From NCBI GenBank assembly GCA_030390025.1, contig CM059432.1:97776001-97840000 (forward strand): DNA of 64,000 nucleotides. The letters are read 5' to 3'. A model generated the notes under the pieces. That model did not search any database and was not told the DNA's origin. It was given only the letters and a program-made list of their open reading frames with translations. The position numbers and the translations under genes were made by a program. This document shows, piece after piece, positions 1 through 12,650 of the stretch (the first letter of the stretch is position 1; each line of letters starts with the position of its first letter). The stretch comes from Squalus acanthias (taxonomy: Eukaryota).

Positions 1-919
1 TGAGGCTAGGGATATTCATGGAGCCTCCTCCTCCTGTTAGTTGTTTAATTGTCCACCACCATTCACGACTGGATGTGGCAGGACTGCAGAGCTTTGATCT
101 AATATGTTGATTGTGGGATCGCTTAGCTCTGCTGTTCAGCAGACATGTAGTCCTGTGTTGCAGCTTCCCCAGGTTGGCACCTCATTTTTAGGTATGCCTG
201 GTGTTGCTTTTCTGCAGTCCTCATTGAACCATGGTTGGTCCCGTGACTTGATGGTAATAGTAGAGTGAGGGATATGCCGGGCCATGAGGTTTCAGATTGT
301 GGTGGAATACAATTCTGCTGCTGCTGATGGCCCACAGCGCCTCATGGATGCCCAGTTTTGAGCTGCTAGATCTGTTCTGAATTTATTCCATTTAGCACAG
401 TGGTAGTGCCACACAACACGATGGAGGGTGTCCTCAGTGTGAAGACAGGACTTCATCTCCACAAGGACTGTGCAGTGGTCACTGCTACCAATACTGTCAT
501 GGACAGATGCGTCTGCGACCGGTAGATTGGTGAGGACGAGGTCAAGTAGGTTTTTCCCTCATGTTGGTTCTCTCACGACCTGTCACAGGCCCAGTCTTGC
601 AGCTATGTCCTTCAGGAGTCGGCCAGCTCAGTCAGTTGTTGTGCTTCCGAGCCACTCTTGGTGATGGACATTGAAGTCCCCCACCCAGAGTACATTCTGT
701 GCCCTTGCTACCCTCGGTGCTTCTTCCAAGTGGTGTTCAACATGGTGGAGTACTGATTCATCAGCTGAGGGAGGGCGGTAGGTGGTAATCAGCAGGAGGT
801 TTCCTTGCCCATGCTTGACCTGAAGCCATGAGACTTCATGGGGTCCGGAGTCAATGTTGAGGACTCCCAGGGCCACTCCCTCCTGACTGTGTACCGCTGT
901 GCTGCCACCTCTGGTGGGT
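1..919 (-). mobile_element. LINE family A (CR1-group non-LTR element), APE endonuclease region; continues beyond the window start
   Basis: ORF 628..876 gives LITTYRPPS...VLWVGDFNVHHQEW (APE motifs YRPP and GDFN). The sequence resumes at 3631 after a nested CR1. Confidence 0.85.
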
Positions 920-3630
920 CATAAGAACATAAGAAATAGGAGCAGGATTAGGCCATTCGGCCCTTCGAGCCTGCTCCGCCATTCAATGAGATCATGGCTG
1001 ATCTTCTGCCTCAACTCCATTCACCGGCCCTATCGCCATATCCCTTGATGCCTTTACTAATCAGAAATCTATCGACTTCTGTTTTGAATACACCCAATGA
1101 CTGAGCCTCCATAGCCCTCTGGGGTAGAGAATTCCAAAGATTCACCACCCTCTATGTGAAGAAATTTCTTCTCATCTCAGTCCTGAATGGCCTACCCTTT
1201 ATCCTGAGGCTGTGGCCCCTGGTTCTAGACTCCCGAGCCAAGGGAAACATTCTCCCAGCATCCACCCTATCAAGCCCTGTAATAATTTTATATGCTTCAA
1301 TGAGATCCCCTCTCATTCTTCTGAATTCAAGAGAATACAGGCCTAGTTTACTCAATTTCTTCTCATACGACAGTCCTGCCATCCCAGGAATCAATCTCGT
1401 GAACCTTCGTTGCACTCCCTCTATGGCAGGTATATCCTTCCTTAGGTAAGGAGACCAAAATTGTACACAGTACTCCAGGTGTGGTCTCACCAAGGCCCTA
1501 TATAATTGGAGTAAGACTTCTTTACTCCTGTACTCAAATCCTCTTGTAATGAAGGCCAGCATACCATTTGCCTTCCTAATGGCTTGCAGCACCTGCACAT
1601 TCACTTTCAGTGACTCATGTAAAAGGACACCCAGGTCCCTTTGAGCATCTGCATTCCCCAATCTTTCACCATTTAGGAAATACTCTGCCCTTCTGTTTTT
1701 TCTACCGAAGTGGATAACCTCACATTTATTCACATTATAATCCATCTGCCATGTTCTCGCCCACTCACTGAGCCTGTCGAGATCCCCTTGAAGCCTCTTC
1801 ACATCCTCTTCGCAACTGACACTGCCACCTAGCTTTGTGTCATCAGCAAATTTGGAAATATTACATTTAGTCCCCTCATCCAAATCATTGATATAGATTG
1901 TGAATAGCTGGGGCCCAAGCACCGATCCTTGCGGTACCCCACTAGTCACAGCCTGCCATCCTGAAAAAGACCCGTTTATCCCTACTCTTTGTTTTCTGTC
2001 TTTTAACCAATTCTCAATCCATGCTAGTATATTACCCCCAATTCCATGTGCCCTAATTTTGTTCACCAACCTCTTATGTGGGACCTTATCGAAGGCCTTC
2101 TGAAAATCCAAATACACCACATCTACCGGTTCCCCTTTGTCTACTCCACTAGTTACATCCTCAAAGAACTCCAATAGGTTTGTCAAACAGGAAGTCCCTT
2201 TCATAAATCCATGTTGACTCTGCCCAATCTTACTTTTAGTTTCTAAGTGCCCAGTTATTGCATCCTATATAATAGATTCCAGCATTTTCCCAACTACTGA
2301 TGTGAGGCTAACAGGTCTGTAGTTCCCCATTTTCTCTCTCCCTCCTTTCTTAAATAGCGGGGTTACATTTGCTATCCTCCAATCTGCAGGAATCGTTCCA
2401 GAATCTATGGAATTTTGGAAGATGACAACCAATGCGTCCACTATCCCAATGGCCATCTCTTTCAAAACCCTAGGATGTTAGTCATCCGGTCCTTGAGATT
2501 TATCGACTTTTAGTCTGATTAATTTTGCTAGTACTGTTTTTTTACTCGTATTAATTTCTTTAAGTTCCTCATTCTCGCCACGCCCTTGGTTTTCTCATAT
2601 TTCTGGGTGGTTTTTTGTGTCTTCCTCCGTGAAGACAGAAACACAGTATTTATTTAATTTCTCGGCCATTTCCTCATTCCCCATTATAAATTCTCCCGTC
2701 TCTGACTGTAAAGGACCTATATTTACCTTCACCAGTCTTTTCCTTTTCACATACCTATAGAAGCTTTTACAATCCATTTTTATATTTTTCGCTAGTTTGT
2801 GCTCATATTCTATTTTCCCTTTCTTTATCAATTTCTTGGTCCCCCTTTGCTGATTTCTAAAATGATCCCAATCCTCAGGCTGACTGCTTTTTCTGGCAAC
2901 TTTATAAGCTTCCTCCTTTGATGTAATACTAGCTTTAATTTCTTTTGTTAGCCATGGTTGGATCACTTTTTCTTTTGGGTTTTTATACCCTAGAGGAATA
3001 TATGTTTTTTGCAAATTATGCATTATTTCCTTGAATGTTAGCCATTGTATGTCCACCTTCATACCTTTTAGTGTAGTCTCCCAATCTACCATGGCCAACT
3101 TGTCCCTCATACCCTTGTAGTTTCCTCTGTTTAGATTGAAGACCTTAGTTTCAGATTGGACTACATCACTCTCAAACTTAATATAAAATTCAATCATATT
3201 ATGGTCACTTGTCCCTAAAGGCCCCTTTACCACAAGATTATTGATTAGCCCTTTCTCATTACACAGTACCAGATCCAGAATAGCCTGTTCCCTGGTTGGT
3301 TCCTCCACATACTGATCCAGGAAACCATCTTGCATGCATTCCAAGAATTCGTCCTCCACACCATTAATGGTAATTTGATTTGCCCAGTCAATATGTAGAT
3401 TAAAGTCCCCCATGATTACCATATTTCCCTTGTTACATGCACTTCTAATCTCTTGATTGATACTGTGCCCTACATTACCACTACTGTTTGGTGGCCTATA
3501 CACAACTCCCACCAATGTTTTCCGCCCTTTGCTGTTTCTTAGCTCCACCCAAATTGATTCCAGTTCTACATCACGATCTGTCAAGCCAAGATCTTTTATT
3601 TCTACCGTACCGATCTCATCCCTTATTAAC
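920..3630 (-). mobile_element. CR1 LINE, 5'-truncated, ORF2 (APE + RT) frameshifted, nested inside LINE family A
   Basis: ORFs show VVYRPP/GDFN/SDH, YRPVSLTS, YLDFQKAFDKVPH, GVPQGSVLGP and KFADD. The 3' tail (TTCTTATG)n reads cataagaacataag at 920. Confidence 0.95.
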
Positions 3631-4220
3631 AGTGGGACAGGACATACCTTGGGATGGTGATGGAGGAGTCTGGGACATTGACTGAAAGGTATGATTCTGT
3701 GAGTATGGCTATGCCAGGCTGCTGTTTGACTAGTCTGTGGGAAAGCTCTCCCAATTTTGGCACAAGCCCCAGATGTTAGTGAGGAGGACTTTGCAAGGTC
3801 GATTGGGCTCGGGGTGCCTTTGTTATGTCCGATGCCGGTGCTAAGGTCGATGCCTGGTTGTCCGTCCAGTTTTATTCTTATTATTGTTTCTTGTAGCAGT
3901 TTGTTACAACTGAGTGGCTTGCTAAGCCATTTCAGAGTCAACTACATTGCTGTGGGTCTGGAGTCACATATAGGCCAGACCAGGTAAGGACGGCAGATTT
4001 TCTTCCCTAAAGGACATTAGTGAACCAGATGGGTTTTTATGACAATCCGATAGTTTCATTGTTACCATTACTGATACTAGCTTTTTATTCCAGAGTTGTT
4101 TAATTAACTGAATTTAAATTCCCCAGCTGCCATGGTGGGATTTGAACTCACGTCTCTGGATCATTAGTCCAGGCCTCTGGATTACTAGTCCAGTAAAATA
4201 ACCACTATGCTTCCGTTCCC
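3631..4220 (-). mobile_element. 5' end of LINE family A: tRNA-like head, 5' UTR and start of the APE domain
   Basis: Minus strand: A-box-like AAGCATAGTGGT (4212..4201), B-box-like GAGTTCAAATCCC (4149..4137). Manual translation from about 3780 gives NIWG/VPKLGELSHRLVKQQPGIAILTESYL with one frameshift. Confidence 0.8.
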
Positions 4221-5656
4221 ATTAATCTTGCTCCTCCTCTTCCTCTCCCTTGTCCTTCTCCTGAGTTGAACCCGCAAACCCTGGTGGCAAGGGCTGCGCC
4301 CTCATGATGGCCAAGTTGTGAATTATGCAGCAGACCTCCATGAAAGGGGTCACCCGCACCGACATGTACTGGAGGGCTCCTCACGTGCAGTCAAGGCAGC
4401 GGACCCGTTGCTTCAGCAGCCCGATGGTCTGCTCGATGATGCGCCTGGTGGAAACATGGCTCTCATTATATGAGTGCTGGGCACGAGTGTTGGGGTTGCG
4501 GAGGGGAGTCATGAGCCAGGTGCAGAGTGGATAGCCCTTGTCTCTGAGCAGCCACCCTCGAGTTTGATGTGATGGCTGGAAAATTGCTGGCACACCGGAC
4601 TGACGCAGGATGAATGCATCATGGCTTCTGCCAGGAATTGACCATCAGGAAGCACTGGGAGTGGTCGCACACCAATTGCACATTAAGTAGCCTTTACAGT
4701 TATGGAAAAGCACAGGATTGTTATGTGGTGCCCGCATAGCCATGCTTGTGCATTCGATGGCACCCTGCACCATGGGGAAGCCCGCTATCCTGGCAAAGCC
4801 ACATACGTGCTCGTACTTCTTCTCTCTGCTGCAGACTGGAAGGATCCACTGGTGAAGAAATTGAGGGCCACGGTGACCTTGACTGCCACTGGGAGAGCCG
4901 TGTTCAGGAGGGGGCAGAGTTCTGTGACCACCTCCTTGGTGAAGCGGAGCCTCCTAATTCACTGCTCCTCGCTTAAGTGGATATAAGAGAAGTGCTCTCA
5001 CAAGACCCTAGGTGGGTAAGGCCTCCTGTTGTGAGCCCGCCTGGCCCTGCTCCCCCTCCCTCTGCACGCATCTTGTCATTTTCTTCGCTGCCTCCGCTCC
5101 CTCTCCCAAAGATACTCGAGCGCGAGGAGGACTGACAGTAGAGCCCCCATGACTGTGAGAAAGTGTTGTGAGCAGAAGCCTTTAAATAAGAATGAAGGCA
5201 TTCTCCACTTGCAACAACATTCCCTGTGACCATAGAATCTTGCAATAAGTTAATAAAGCTGCTGGAGTTGCAGAAAGTTGCACAGAGCCAGTCAAACTGG
5301 ACAAACATGTCAGCTGCAAGTGATTGTTGATGATCCCTTTAAATATCACTGCTGGAGGCTCCTTCAAGCTTGTCAACGCTTGCTCAGCTCGTCGCACTTA
5401 AGGCATGCCGGTATGTTGAACGGCGAACTCCAACCTCGCAGATTGGGCGTCAGGTGAGCGTTGCACAGTCACTGACGGCAAGATCTGCATCATCTACACA
5501 TCCCTTGTGATCGCTGACATCGGCAGCGCTGCCGGCCATCTGAAAATGGCAGCCACCGCAGGACCTGTCAGCAGCGGGCGGAAGTACAGCGGTCGCCATT
5601 TTTTTGCCCGAATCTGGTGGTATCGGGTGGTGCTAAACCCCCGAATTTCTAGGCCC
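4221..5656 (-). mobile_element. PIF/Harbinger transposon remnant (degenerate transposase plus one TIR)
   Basis: ORF 4381..4593 [18 protein letters not shown]...[22 protein letters not shown] is Harbinger DDE-like. The end reads aatttctaggccc (5644..5656). Confidence 0.85.
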
Positions 5657-7844
5657 ATGGCTTTACTTTGACTGAGCTGTCAATCAAATCATTCACTTGA
5701 TAACAGGGACCCAAGACTCTCCTACAGGCGAGTTATCCCTTGCCTTGGGCGGATATGTCCTTGGAGGAATTAATCCTTAGGAGGACAGCTGAGAGAGCTA
5801 CGGGGCGAGGACAAAGAAAGCTTCCAGCTGAATGCTTATCAGCTACACTTCTCTGGTAACTTTTAATTGCCACTGATCATTGAAACTAACTTAACAGGCA
5901 AAAGCTAAAAGATAATATAAAGTATTAACCCTTTCCTTCCACTCTGACTTATAAGCAGCACCATAGGAGAGTTACCATTTAATATCATTGGTTAAATTAT
6001 AGATTTGCACTTGTAAACTCTAAACTGTATTTTAAGTTTTGGACAAATTGCATTTTTGGAGCTGAAAATGGAACTAACATGTCAGAATGCAACGTTTTCA
6101 TAGCAGGGACTCAGTTATTTCATTTGTTTTGTTTTAATAAAGAATTTGCCAGTGCTGCAAAAGAGAATGAAGGTTTTGTGCAGGACATCCTTATTCTTAC
6201 CCAGACTAACGCAGGCAGTTACTGAAAGATTTTTATGACTTTGAACATAACTCTAGCTGTTATATTTAATGGCAAAATGTAACAGTTTATCTTATTATTG
6301 AATCTATTGTTCACTCCCCTCCTGCCCCAAAATAAATCGTACAGAAAATGTTCTAATAGGCTTAGCTTTTGACTGCGATTTAAATCTAGTGGTAAAGCTT
6401 GTTTAATGCTAAGCCATTTATTGTTATTTGTATAATGACTTTGAAGTTCACAATCCTTTCAATAGGTGGCTTTTCAATTTCAATCTGACACGGTATTGTT
6501 ACCTTCTTTATTGCAATTTTCCACCTTTTATGCTCTTCTAAATTCAACAATATTTTCATAGATGTACACACTGTCGTATTCATTTTGGATGATCACAAAA
6601 TGACAGAACACTGCATTTTTGGAGCAAAGACACACAGAAGTAAACATCTCTAATTGCAGCTACTGTTTCGGGACTAGCGTGTGATATTGATTTGTTTGAG
6701 TCTGAGAAAGTCGATAGCCGTGCATGCTCATAGACAGAACAAATAAGCTGGGTGAGCTTGGGCAAAAAGTATGTTTTAAAGATTCAATCTAGGTTTACTC
6801 ATAATATGAAATCTCACAAAATGGACCTGCTTCAAATACAACTAAAAAAACCTTGCGTTTTGTTTTCATTATTTCTTGCACAAGAAAATGGAATTGGAGG
6901 TCAAACGATGGTGCTTGATTGATATGTGCCAAGATTGGCAGAACCTGTCTTTAAGCAGGAGAGGCATGATATTTATTAAAGCATCTGCTTTTAATGTAGG
7001 TCCATGCATGCTGGAATCCATTTGCGTAGCCTTGTTTATGGAAGCTGTGAAGGGGAAGCAGAAATAATTGTTATGCCGGTTCTAGGAGTTTCTATTTGGC
7101 CCTTGTACAACGATCTGATAGTTGCAACATGGTTTGGATCATTGAATATTTATTGGGAATTTGGCGTGCACATTGAGAATTCTGAGTATGGGTCAGATCA
7201 TAGAGTGTCTATTAGACCATTAAACTACTTTAACTACTCAGAGGAACTGAATTTGAATGACTTTCCCAGTAAGTAATTAATTAATTCAGATTTTGGGTTC
7301 AGGCAATCCAAATTTCAGATAAGTCTGAATATGAATCTGATTCTGAAGTCTAAAGAAAACAGTTCAATGCACGAGAAGAATACGCTTTCATTAAACTGTT
7401 AGGGAATAAGATATATTTCATCTGAATAAGACTTTGAGGGCTAGAAATTGGGCTCCTTTGCATCTCCCGTTAGTGCTTCCGGGGGCACCTCCCGCTAAAT
7501 TCAGCAGGAGTTTTGCGGCAGCGGTAAGACCTTGTGCTCCGATCTCCTGCGCCCGGAGATCATGATGTCATTGCTGTGCGCAGCATCCCGGTAGCGCCCC
7601 GGATGAAAAATTCTCTCTCGCCCCCTGCCTGTGCGCCTGCCGTTAACAACGACGGGTAGAGGAGGCGGCTTTCAGTCGGATGTCCCCTGGAGGAGCGCTA
7701 TTTAAAGGCATCCACATCCGGTTTAGTTCTCGTTGGCCAACAATGCAGCGTTGATAGTTTCACATAGGCAAAGAGGCCTTTTGACCGATTTGAGCATTTT
7801 GCATTTTAACGAGTGTTCTGGCATATAAAGATTCTTCAGTTTCA

Positions 7845-9092
7845 TTGAGGGGAAATTTGAAAGTGCAATATTTGTACCCTTTACTGGGGGTTGTACTGGC
7901 ACTGGACCTCACCCTCCAGCGTCAACGTTGGAGGCAACTGAGTCACAGAGAAAGAGTGCAAAATGTGGCCAGAGGTAGAGGGGCCAACAGGGCTCGCAAC
8001 AGGAGGCTTTACCCACCCAGGGTATTCCGGCAGTTCTCCTACATGAATTTCACTGAGGACCAGTATGTTAGAAGGCGCTGCTTCAGCAAGGATGTGGTCA
8101 CAGAGCTCTGCCACCTTCTGCAACCAGACCTTGAGCCTCAGATCAAGAGCACCACGGCTCTCTCAGTGGCAGTCAAGGTCACCATTGCCCTCATTTTCTA
8201 CGCCAGCAGATCATTCCAGTGTGCGACAGGCGACATCTCCAACATCTCCCAGTTTGTCGTCCATTGCTCCATCCGCCAGGTCATAGATGCTCTGTAGAGA
8301 AGGAGAAGGGATTACATTTCCTTCCCCATGACTAGAGAGAGGCAGCACGAGCGTGCATGTGGCTTTGCCAGGATAGTGGGCTTCCCCATGGTGCAGGACG
8401 CCATTGACTGCACCCACATCACTTTGCGGGCACCTCATAACAATCCTGAGGTATTCCATAACTGCAAAGGCTACCACTCACTTAATGTGCAGTTAGTGTG
8501 CAACCACACATGGCGAATCCTGACCGTCAATGCCCACTATCCTGGCAGCAACCACGATGCCTTCATCCTGCACCAGACCGGTGTGCTAGCTCTATTCCAG
8601 CTACCACATCAAGCTTGCGGCTGGCTGCTGGGAAACAAGGGCTATCCACTCTCCACCTGGCTCATGACTCCCCTCCGCAACCCCAACACTCCTGGCCAGC
8701 ACTCATATAATGAGAGCCATGCTGTCACCAGGAGCATCATTGAGCAGACCATCGGAGTGCTCAAGCAATGGTTCTGCTGCCTTGACCACTCGGGAGGAGC
8801 CCTCCAGTACTCGGCTGAGCGGGTGTCACTTTTCATCATCGTCTGCTGCATGCTGCACAACTTGGCCATTATGAGGGCGCAGCCATTGCCACCAGACATA
8901 GCCACACCACCTCAGGAGGAGGAAGATGAGGACGAGGACAAGGACGAGGAAGAGGAGGAGGAAGAGGAGGAGAAGGAAGAAGAGGAGCTGGAGGAACAGG
9001 AGGACGAACAGCAGCGATGGAGGAGGCAGCTACTCTATCGGCATTCTGCAAGGTCGGTCCGTGACCATCTCATCAGACTTCGTTTCCAGTGA
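7845..9092 (+). pseudogene. Harbinger (HARBI1-like) DDE transposase, nearly full length
   Basis: ORFs 7845..8297 and 8328..9092 are in the same frame, split by one TAG at 8295..8297. Motifs AIDCTH, LNVQLVC, YPGSNHDAFIL, LLGNKGY (D to N), IEQTIGVLK, CCMLHN, and an acidic tail. Confidence 0.9.
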
Positions 9093-9257
9093 CTTCCAGT
9101 CCTCTTTCCAGTTGCTGAGCACGTCGCCATCATTCCATCACTTTGTGATTCAATACCACACCTCAGAACTTAAATGAGAGACAGCACCAGATCTGCAACA
9201 TTCCAGTAATAAATTTATCAAAAACCATTAACCACATATATACAACAACAATATTGA

Positions 9258-10890
9258 CTAATCACCCTTGTGCAAACCCTTGCCTCCCCTCTTTACAGTC
9301 CCCTTTCCTAATCTAGTGCTCCTACGTAGTGTCTCCCCAGTGGCTGAAGCAGGGCTGGTGGAAGGCTGCTGAGTGGCGGTGCCAGAGACTACAGATGGCC
9401 TTGCAGGACGCCCTCGACCAGCTCTGGGCCTGGGAGGCCCGGCTGTACACTGCACCACCTCAGGCTGGGCGATGGCAGTCTGGGCTGGCTGGATGACAGG
9501 CAGCGACAAGGGCAATGGCGGAGTGGCAGTGGTGGGATCAGGAATGCTGTCATCCTGAGAGAGGACAGCAGCTTCCTGTTCTACTGACCCACTGCCACTC
9601 CCCTGGGGCAGCACCTCAGCATCCTACCAATCTGCTGCATCACAGATTGCTGGGCTGCTGCGATACTGTGAGATCCCCAGTGGACTGTGGTGGAACCAGC
9701 AATGATGGCAGCAGTCAGAGCTTTCATGGCATCAAGCTGAGACTGCATGAGAGCAGTCTGAGACTCGATGGCAGCAACCATTGCCTGCATTACAGCACTG
9801 AGGTCTGAATCCGTACGGTCTCTCTGGGTGTCCACTATCCTCTGCACAAGGAAATGATGGGCTCCGTGGTGTGCGCAGAGCTCTGTGCAATGTTGGAGGC
9901 GGACTCCTCCTCGCTCCTTACCATTGCTGAGAGGCTCTCAGGCACCCTTGCCATTGCACCTATCATCTCGTTGTGCATGGCCATCACCCTTCTTGTGAAC
10001 ACCTCCCCATCGAGGTCCTCATCTGAGTCCTGTGCAGCAGAACTCGGGCGCACACTCGCCCTCCAGGGAACTGGCTCCCGAGCTACAATTTCCCCCTGGC
10101 TTTGTTGCAGCCCGCTCGTCCCCAGTGCATCACCCAGTGCAGACCCTTCTACTAAACCTGCCTCTAAAGATCATGTAGTGCCAGTATCTGAGGTGGTGCC
10201 TGCGGGTGAGAGGTGCAGTGATGCGGTGCTTTGCTCCTCCTCCACTTCTCCTTCCTCACTCTCAGTGGGGGGCTCAGGGAAGGTTGGTCATCTGGTTGCT
10301 GATTATCTGAAAGCATAAAGGCACAATACTCGCGTTAAGGTGAGGGCAGGGGGGCAGGAATGGAGCAAGGAATGCAGACATTCTCAGGAGGTGGAAAGTG
10401 AGAAAGGTTTGGGGTGTGAGGGGGAAGTGGGATGAGAGAAGAAGAGGGGCTGAAGATACCGTTTTTGCCCCCAATGGGGTCGACATCGCCGACGGCCACG
10501 GCGCCCACCACCTGCTGCCCAATGAGTCACAGCACTCGCTCCTCAAGGTCTGAGAGCTGCTGGAGCTGCGCATCACCCCCGCCTGTTCTCTGCAGCTCCT
10601 TCCTATTGTGGGCCATCTTGGCCTGCAGGAGAAACAAAATGTTTCAGTCAGAGACCAGCTATGTGTTTGGGAGATATGCCTGCGGTCGTTAAATAGCTGT
10701 GATTGTAGGCAAGGCGCGAGATGTGGATGTGAGTTTGAGTAGGTGAAGATGTTTGGTGGGTGAGTGGTGGCGGTGTGGTTGTTTGCGCAGTGTACACAGA
10801 CTGAGGTTCAGATGCTGGTATGTAGGAGCTGGTGAAGCATGTACTCACCTTGACCACCCGACTGATGTTGTTGAATTTCTTGCGGCACTA
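9258..10890 (-). pseudogene. Harbinger Myb/SANT-like accessory gene, three exons, degenerate
   Basis: End of exon 1 RKKFNNISRVVK then gtgagt (10849). Exon 2 is 10622..10460 (cag acceptor, gtatct donor). Exon 3 runs from 10306 to the stop at 9258. Same layout as the copy at 54193..55884. Confidence 0.75.
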
Positions 10891-10914
10891 TGTCAGGCTG
10901 CGTTCCACCACACT

Positions 10915-11388
10915 ACACACTCAAGATGGTCGACAACATCCAGGACAAAGCAGCCCGCTTGATTGGCACCACTTCCACCACCTTAATCATTCACTCCCTC
11001 CACTACCGGCGCACCGTGGCTGCAGTGTGTACCATCTACAAGATGCACTGCAGCAACTCACCAAGGCTTCTTTGACAGCACCTCTCAAACCCGCGACCTC
11101 TACCACCTAGAAGGACAAGGGCAGTAGGCGCATATGAACACCTCCACCTCCTTGTTCCCCTCCAAGTCACACACCATCTTGACTTGGAAATGTATCGCTG
11201 TTCCTTCATCATCGCTGGGTCAAAATCCTGAAATTCCCTACCTAACAGCACTATCAGAGTTACTTCACCACACGAACTGCAGCGGTTCAAGAAGGCGGCT
11301 CACAACCACCTTCTCAAGAGCAATTAGGGATCGACAATGAATGCCGACCTTGCCAGCAATGCCAACATCCCATGAACGAATAAAAAAA
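10915..11388 (+). mobile_element. LINE family A 3' fragment with A tail
   Basis: IQDKAARLIG...SLHYRRTVAAVCTIYKMHC, ending ...gccttgccagcaatgccaacatcccatgaacgaataaaaaaa. Matches 28385..28876. Confidence 0.85.
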
Positions 11389-11431
11389 TGTGGGGCAACA
11401 TTGGTAAAGCAGTAATTATTGCCAAACCATA

Positions 11432-12125
11432 GGGGGCGATTTTGCCAGCCCTGGGGAGGCGGGTATGGAGGTGGGACTGCCGGGAAAATGGCAGAATTTG
11501 GGGGCGGGTGCCCAACCCGCCCCCAACCCGCCTCCATGCCATCTTCCTAGGAGGCGGGTAGCCGTCCCGCGCCGGGTCCCGTCTCCTTGGAGGCGGGAAG
11601 GGATTAAAGCCTATTAACTGCCTGTTAACAGGTAGTTAACAGGCAGAAAATAGGATTATCCCCTTTTTGCCCTCACAAGTGCGGGCTTCCCGAAGGCTCC
11701 AAAACACGCCAGCTCAGTGAGGCGAGTAGGGGGTCTGCGGGGGTTGGGTGGGTGCAAAAATGTGCTGTGAAGGTAAGTGATGTGTGCAAGAGTGTAGAGG
11801 TGAGTATCTGAGGTAAGTGCAAAGTGTTATTAAAAGTGTACTTACCTTTGCTTCCTGCAGGCTTCAGTCGGTGTGTATGCGGAGACTCTCGGCCCTCCGT
11901 GTTGCAGATGAGAGATGGCCATTGCATTCTCAGATGAAATGTCATATGTTGACGTGCTCTGCAACTGGCTTTCCCTTAATTGGCCTGCTAAGCCCGCTGG
12001 GCGGGCTTAACAAGGTCAATCAAGGGAAAATAGCGTGGGTTGGCCACAAATCGATGGAGGCGGGACATCGACCCGCCAAGCAGCAGTCCCGCCTCCAATG
12101 CGCCCCCATTAACAAAATCGCCCCC
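11432..12125. mobile_element. Harbinger-type MITE
   Basis: Perfect 13-bp TIR GGGGGCGATTTTG / CAAAATCGCCCCC, 3-bp flanks ATA/AGA. Confidence 0.8.
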
Positions 12126-12212
12126 AGAGTTTCTCTGAAGGCATTAAGAGTCAACCATGTAATGGGGGACTATAATCACATGTAGGAATGTTGATTCCTT
12201 TCCATAAATGTG

Positions 12213-12650
12213 TCAGCTGTAGGTGGTAGCTCTCTCACCTCCGAGTCAGATGGTTGTGGGTTGAAGTCCCACTCCAGAGTCTTGAGCACAAAATCTAGGC
12301 TGACACTTCAGTGCAGTGCTGAGGAAGTGCTGCACTGTCAGAGGTGCTGTCTTTCAGATGAGATATTAAACTGACCGCCCTCTCAGGTGGCTGTAAAAGA
12401 GCCCATGACACTATTTTGAGGAAGAGCAGGGGAGTTCAATATTTATCCCTCAACCAGCATCAATAAAAAAACATATTATCTGGTCATTATCACATTGCTG
12501 TTTGTGGGATCTTGCTGTGAGCAAATTGGCTGCCACGTTTCATACATTGCAACAATGATTACATTCCAAAAGTACTTCATTGACTGTAGAGTGCTTTGGG
12601 ACATCCTGAAGTCATGAAAGATGCTATAAAAATGCAACTTCTCTCTTTCT
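12213..12650 (+). mobile_element. SacSINE1-like Deu-domain tRNA SINE
   Basis: Head gagtcagatggttgtgggttgaagtccc, body cagtgcagtgctgaggaagtgctgcactg, L2-like tail gctataaaaatgcaac. Homologous copies at 31255, 61060 and 63158. Confidence 0.8.

Larger units (their letters stand above)
7438..10910 (+). mobile_element. PIF/Harbinger transposon, formerly autonomous, right end lost
   Basis: Left TIR gggctagaaatt at 7438, transposase on +, convergent Myb/SANT gene on -. Truncated by a LINE fragment near 10915. Confidence 0.88.

Noticed and set aside
2595..3941. 448-aa ORF as a novel fusion protein
   Set aside because: It runs across the CR1/family-A junction at 3630, and its N-terminal part is mostly out of frame with the family-A endonuclease. 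Chance read-through.
4130..4220. Functional tRNA gene
   Set aside because: No complete cloverleaf or downstream T terminator; it continues directly into a retroelement.
7845..9092. Host HARBI1 gene
   Set aside because: It has a TIR, a partner Myb gene, multiple copies and inactivating changes, so it is a transposon copy rather than the domesticated gene.
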